In this document: piece by piece, positions 60,139 through 64,000 of the stretch
Layout: every line of letters begins with the position of its first letter
Position numbering within the stretch: position 1 is the stretch's first letter
Sequence record: LR756501.1
Direction: 5' to 3' (one strand)
Length of the DNA stretch: 64,000 bases
The notes under the pieces: generated by a model
Told to the model about the DNA's origin: nothing
Databases searched by the model: none
Seen by the model: the letters and a program-made list of their open reading frames with translations, nothing else
Translations under genes and position numbers: made by a program

Positions 60139-60711
60139 ATGTTAACGAAATTTGAATTATTTTTGGAAGGTAAATGGTTTGGAGGCGGTAGAGCAGCAAA
60201 GGCTGGCCCTAATGCTCCAGTTGTTGTTCCTAATCAAGAGCAAGCAAAGAAAAAAGTTTACGATAAACCAGATGATGATATAATAGAATGGATGATTAAC
60301 TATCTTAAAAAGACTGGTGTTGATGAGACAAAATTAACTGATGATTATAATTTATCTCCAAAAACTTTTGAACCTAAACAATGGTGGGAATATAAATTTA
60401 TAAAACAAGGAAAGACTAATCCATTGGATCCTTACGGTGAAGAAGATTGGCCAGGAGCTACTGGTAATAAACAGATTAATATAAGAATAGAAAAGAGATC
60501 TCTACTTGGTGACAAATATGAATATTATTATAGGTTCAAAGTTAATGATAATGATTTAGATGTATCTGAAAAATATATTAAAAGAATAGTAGAATTACTT
60601 GACGCCCCAAAAGAAGCAAGAAGGTTGGCGAGAGAAAAAAGGGAGGCTGAAGCTAAGAAATCCAAGAATGACGCAATAAGAAGAGATTTATTTGAAAAAA
60701 GATCGAAATAA
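60139..60711 (+). CDS. Hypothetical protein with TKFELFLE and internal DPYGEEDW tags
   Basis: Follows TAATATATA; tag at 60427. Confidence 0.75.
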   Translation: MLTKFELFLEGKWFGGGRAAKAGPNAPVVVPNQEQAKKKVYDKPDDDIIEWMINYLKKTGVDETKLTDDYNLSPKTFEPKQWWEYKFIKQGKTNPLDPYGEEDWPGATGNKQINIRIEKRSLLGDKYEYYYRFKVNDNDLDVSEKYIKRIVELLDAPKEARRLAREKREAEAKKSKNDAIRRDLFEKRSK

Positions 60712-60762
60712 TTTTTTTATTCGAACTCGTCGCAGTATCTTTGTGTTATCAAATCAAAAACA

Positions 60763-61038
60763 ATGGCTGGAGAGAAAATGTTTACCAACTTTCAAGTTTT
60801 AAGAAATAAATTCAACACCGTTGAAGATTTTGCAGACGGTTTGAAGAAAATGACTAAAGATAAAGACGCTATATTTGTTAGTCCTGGCAAACGTCGTGAA
60901 TCACGTGCTGGAAACAAATTTTGGGAACATAAAATTGATAGTGAAGATATTAGATTACAAAATAATGTTATTTGGGTATCCGATAAACATTATTTATCAT
61001 TAAATGATTTAGATCAGTGGTACATTAGAATAAAATAA
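60763..61038 (+). CDS. Hypothetical protein
   Basis: 91 aa; TATCTTTG box upstream. Confidence 0.65.
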   Translation: MAGEKMFTNFQVLRNKFNTVEDFADGLKKMTKDKDAIFVSPGKRRESRAGNKFWEHKIDSEDIRLQNNVIWVSDKHYLSLNDLDQWYIRIK

Positions 61039-61089
61039 TTAAAACAAATTTCAATTATTAATATATAAATAAAAAAGGAGAAACAAACA

Positions 61090-61473
61090 ATGTCGTAGAT
61101 TTACAAATTAATCGTAGTAACAAGACAAGATCTTACCCCTGGCTATCAAGCCACACAGGCAACTCACGCCGCATTATTATTCGCACAAGAATTTCCATAG
61201 ATTTATGAGCAGTGGTCAAAAGACCCTTATTTAGCTTTGCTTTCTGTTAAGAATGAGCAAGAGCTTCGTATTCTCATATCCAAATTAGAAAAATCCAAAA
61301 TCAAATTTTCAGTATTCAGGGAACCTGATATTAACAATCAGATTACCGCTATCTGTATTGAACCTTCTGAAGCATCCAGAAAGGCTACTAGCTCTTTGCC
61401 CCAAATGTTAAGAGACTTGAAGACTGAGAATCAGATTGATAAAAATAATTACGTAAAGGAGGAAGTATTATGA
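61090..61473 (+). CDS. Pth2-family peptidyl-tRNA hydrolase with two in-frame TAG codons (codons 3 and 37)
   Basis: SD AAGGAG, then M-S-*-IYKLIVVTRQDLTPGYQATQATHAALLFAQEFP-*-IYEQW..LLSVKNEQEL..FREPDINNQITAICIEP..SSLPQM. TAGs at 61096-61098 and 61198-61200. The ORF track shows only the 3' part (61237-61473). Confidence 0.85.
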
Positions 61474-61736
61474 AAGAAATTAAATGTTACACATGTAAAA
61501 GTAGAAACTTAGATCCTGTTCCAGAAGATTTACCGTGTGTTGATTGTTGGAATGAAATGGACTATGTTAATTATGAACCTAAAACAACAGAAGAATTAAA
61601 AAAACAATTTGAAGATAGAAGATGGGATCTTTTAGATTGGTTGAACTCAGCGAGAGAAATAGACGATGAGGTATTAACAATATCAGATGAAATGGAATCA
61701 ATATTAAACGAACTTAAAGAAAGGAAAACAAAATGA
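61470..61736 (+). CDS. Small Cys-motif protein
   Basis: CYTC..PCVDC; SD upstream. Confidence 0.7.
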   Translation: MKEIKCYTCKSRNLDPVPEDLPCVDCWNEMDYVNYEPKTTEELKKQFEDRRWDLLDWLNSAREIDDEVLTISDEMESILNELKERKTK

Positions 61737-62080
61737 AAAAATTAGAATTAGAAATTAAGAATTGTAGTGGATGTCCATACTTGACTTATGATAGTCATTA
61801 TTCAATGAGTAGAGATAGTGGATATGATTGTAAAAAATCACACAGAAGGGTTATTGATGATTGGGATTACAATAATACCAATAATCCTAAAAGATTAGTC
61901 CAAGATTGGGATAACAGTTATCCAATTCCATCGCCTGATTGGTGTCCATTAGAAGATAAATTGGAATTTGATTTTGGTAATCCAATGGAAGGAAAAGAAT
62001 TAGAAATATTAAAAAAGACAGCAAGTAGATTGATTTCAAATAAACCAACAACATTAAATAAAAAGGGGGAAACAAAATGA
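61733..62080 (+). CDS. Small Cys-motif protein
   Basis: IKNCSGCPY..YDCKK..IPSPDWCPL. Confidence 0.7.
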   Translation: MKKLELEIKNCSGCPYLTYDSHYSMSRDSGYDCKKSHRRVIDDWDYNNTNNPKRLVQDWDNSYPIPSPDWCPLEDKLEFDFGNPMEGKELEILKKTASRLISNKPTTLNKKGETK

Positions 62081-62541
62081 AAACTTATAAAGAAAAAACA
62101 ACAACTTACGTCCCTAAAGAAATTGAGGTAGATGTTTGGAAAACAGATGATGGTAGAACTTTCAGAAATGAAAATGAAGCTATTAAACACGAAGAATGGC
62201 TCAACAAAAGAAAATCAATATCAAATAAATATAAATGTAAAGATATTTATACAGACGATTATGGTATCTCAGTTGATAGTGGTTGGGAAACATCAGCAAA
62301 AATGATGTACATTGAAAAACTTGACGATGAAACTATTAAAGATTTGATGGAATTATATGAATATTTAAAATATAATGGAAGACAATTAAAGGATATGAAA
62401 CCAGGTTGGAATATTTTTGTCGAATCTGAATATGATTCAAACTCTTGTAGCAGATGGGGAGGTTATGATTTAAGTATCTATAATGTTAACGATGTTATGG
62501 AACAAAAAATAAAACAAATAGAAAGGTTAAAAGAATTATGA
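62077..62541 (+). CDS. Hypothetical protein
   Basis: WKTDDGRTFRNENEAIKHE. Confidence 0.7.
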   Translation: MKTYKEKTTTYVPKEIEVDVWKTDDGRTFRNENEAIKHEEWLNKRKSISNKYKCKDIYTDDYGISVDSGWETSAKMMYIEKLDDETIKDLMELYEYLKYNGRQLKDMKPGWNIFVESEYDSNSCSRWGGYDLSIYNVNDVMEQKIKQIERLKEL

Positions 62542-62918
62542 AAGAATTAGAAAATGTTAAAATGTTGTATGGGTCAGGTTGGTGGGACGGCCCTTTAAGT
62601 GGGCTTTGTGAATATGAAAATAAAATGTATTGGTTTAGTGTTCATCAAGAAGAAGAGTATGACGAAGAGAAAGAAGAATGGGGATATAGAATTCACAAAC
62701 TTATTGAAATAGAACCTTGGCAATTAGCTTATGAATTATATTGGCATAGTGTGTTTGTGAGTAATGTTTACAGAAATGCAAAATGCAGAACTCAATTTGA
62801 AGAAAATCTAAAAAATGAAAGATTCTATATGAAAGAAGATTTCTACAAGAAAAGGAAAAAAGAACATAAAGAGATAGATTATAGTAATAATAATGTTATT
62901 GGAACATTTAAATTTTAA
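62538..62918 (+). CDS. Hypothetical protein
   Basis: WWDGPLSGLCEY..MYWF. Confidence 0.7.
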   Translation: MKELENVKMLYGSGWWDGPLSGLCEYENKMYWFSVHQEEEYDEEKEEWGYRIHKLIEIEPWQLAYELYWHSVFVSNVYRNAKCRTQFEENLKNERFYMKEDFYKKRKKEHKEIDYSNNNVIGTFKF

Positions 62919-62934
62919 AAGAAAGGAGAACGAT

Positions 62935-62958
62935 ATGTCGTAGAGTAGGCCGCCTTAA
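62935..62958 (+). other. SD-led amber mini-ORF / leader: ATG TCG TAG AGT AGG CCG CCT TAA (M-S-*-S-R-P-P-stop)
   Basis: AAAGGAG 7 nt upstream of the ATG; first 9 nt identical to the Pth2 gene start. Confidence 0.55.
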
Positions 62959-63054
62959 AGGTGATACAGAAAACCAGCAAAACAAGTTTAATCACTATCG
63001 ACTTGTAAATAAAAGATAGTGAATATAAAACAACAAAAAATAAAATATAAAATT

Positions 63055-63471
63055 ATGGAAACAACATTAAAAGCTGGTGTTACGTACACCTATAATAGAA
63101 GTGAATTAGACAAGAAAATCTGTGATACTATTAATTTTATCAAAGAAGTAATCGCGAAGAATGATTACCAAGTAAAAGGAAACATTGAAGAACTTTACGT
63201 TCTTGAGTACCCTAACTTATCAATGAATCAGATGAAGAAGATTCAGAAATATTGTTACTGGATTCAGAGGAATCCTTCTTTGAAGAAGATCAATACTTTC
63301 TTTAGTTTATTATCAAAACTCTTTGGGGTTGAGAGAGTACAAGTGAAAATTTCTTTGAAAGAAGAAGCTATCCAGAAAGCTAAGAAAGAATGGATCAAAT
63401 CTAGAAATGAAGCCGATAGACTTTTAAAGGCTTATAAGGATGAAAAAGGTGATTTTTACAAAAGAAAATAA
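63055..63471 (+). CDS. Hypothetical protein (C-terminal KAKKEWIKSRNEADRLLKAYKDEKGDFYK)
   Basis: Start moved to the ATG at 63055; lies between the amber leader and the suppressor tRNAs. Confidence 0.75.
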   Translation: METTLKAGVTYTYNRSELDKKICDTINFIKEVIAKNDYQVKGNIEELYVLEYPNLSMNQMKKIQKYCYWIQRNPSLKKINTFFSLLSKLFGVERVQVKISLKEEAIQKAKKEWIKSRNEADRLLKAYKDEKGDFYKRK

Positions 63472-63524
63472 TTTTTTAGTTTAAAAATTATATGTATATT
63501 TGTGGAGTGAAATTCTCCACAAAT

Positions 63525-63597
63525 CCCTCGTTAGCTCATTTGGAAGAGTGTCAGATTCTAGCTCTGACGGTAGTAGGTTCGAATCCTACACGGGGGT
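63525..63597 (+). tRNA. Amber suppressor tRNA, anticodon CUA (copy 1)
   Basis: Acceptor CCCTCGT/ACGGGGG, D-stem GCTC/GAGT with GG, anticodon arm TCAGA-TTCTAGC-TCTGA (CTA at 63558-63560), T-arm GTAGG-TTCGAAT-CCTAC. CCA not encoded. Confidence 0.92.
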
Positions 63598-63602
63598 CAA
63601 AA

Positions 63603-63677
63603 CGGATAGTAGCTTAGCCAGGCCAAAAGCATCGGTCTCTAAAACCGATATCGAGGGTTCAAATCCCTCCTATCTGA
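63603..63677 (+). tRNA. Amber suppressor tRNA, anticodon CUA (copy 2, tRNA-Trp-like anticodon arm)
   Basis: Acceptor CGGATAG/CTATCTG, D-stem GCTT/AAGC, anticodon arm TCGGT-CTCTAAA-ACCGA (CTA at 63639-63641), T-arm GAGGG-TTCAAAT-CCCTC. Confidence 0.92.
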
Positions 63678-63769
63678 CTAAAAATAATCACCCTGATTAT
63701 CAACGTCTTCTTACGTTTGCCCCCATTTTAGAAAAAACTAGTAAAAAAGTTTAATATATACTCAGGTAT

Positions 63770-64000
63770 ATGATTAAGCGTACTTTATTCAAAACAAAAA
63801 AGCCAGGTGTATCTCAAAGGGATAAATCTGGTTTTTTTATTGCGAACAAAAAAACATCAGTTACTATGGGAAAACGTAAGAACAACATGCTTTCACCAAT
63901 CAACGCTGACGAAGATGTCCTTGATGCTGTTTGCAACCACCGACGCTTTACATCAGATGCTATCTTTACCAAGAAACAATACGGTGAAGTCCTTCTTAAA
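63770..64000 (+). CDS. Hypothetical protein, 3'-truncated by window edge
   Basis: Open frame MIKRTLFKTKKPG..MGKRKNNMLSP.. to the window end, after TAATATATA (63752); the start could instead be the later ATG. Confidence 0.55.
   Translation, partial: MIKRTLFKTKKPGVSQRDKSGFFIANKKTSVTMGKRKNNMLSPINADEDVLDAVCNHRRFTSDAIFTKKQYGEVLLK

Noticed and set aside
63525-63677. tRNA-Pyl (pyrrolysine decoding of TAG)
   Set aside because: Both tRNAs have canonical 5-bp anticodon stems, D-loop GG and TTC in the T-loop, unlike tRNA-Pyl. No pyl genes are seen in the window.
63500-63754. 84-aa ORF from the track
   Set aside because: It runs across both tRNA genes and is a spurious translation of structured RNA.

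Overview
AT-rich fragment of a jumbo, T4-like (myovirus-type) phage genome. The host is probably Bacteroidota, judged from TAnnTTTG promoters, a T9SS sorting domain and Bacteroidota-style lipoproteins and outer-membrane proteins. Replication and repair genes include intein-containing class II RNR, gp41-like helicase, UvsX/RecA, clamp loader, gp46/SbcC and a single-chain type IIA topoisomerase. Other blocks are a baseplate/tail module, a long minus-strand accessory block (OmpA-SBP ABC importer with a PspA-like partner, T9SS/FISUMP protein, CDF transporter, PspC, tubulin-tyrosine-ligase-family ATP-grasp enzyme, GroEL), and many small proteins sharing short peptide tags (N-terminal KxF/Y..E, DPYGEExW, RTxLIDxxL). 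The most striking signal is at the right end. Two tandem tRNAs both carry a CUA (amber suppressor) anticodon. A Pth2-type peptidyl-tRNA hydrolase gene, missed by the ORF track, is interrupted by two in-frame TAG codons. A second SD-led mini-ORF starts with the same ATG-TCG-TAG. The rest of the window reads in the standard code, so this looks like a gene-specific, suppressor-gated translation switch rather than genome-wide recoding. All family assignments come from motif recognition by eye; no searches were run.
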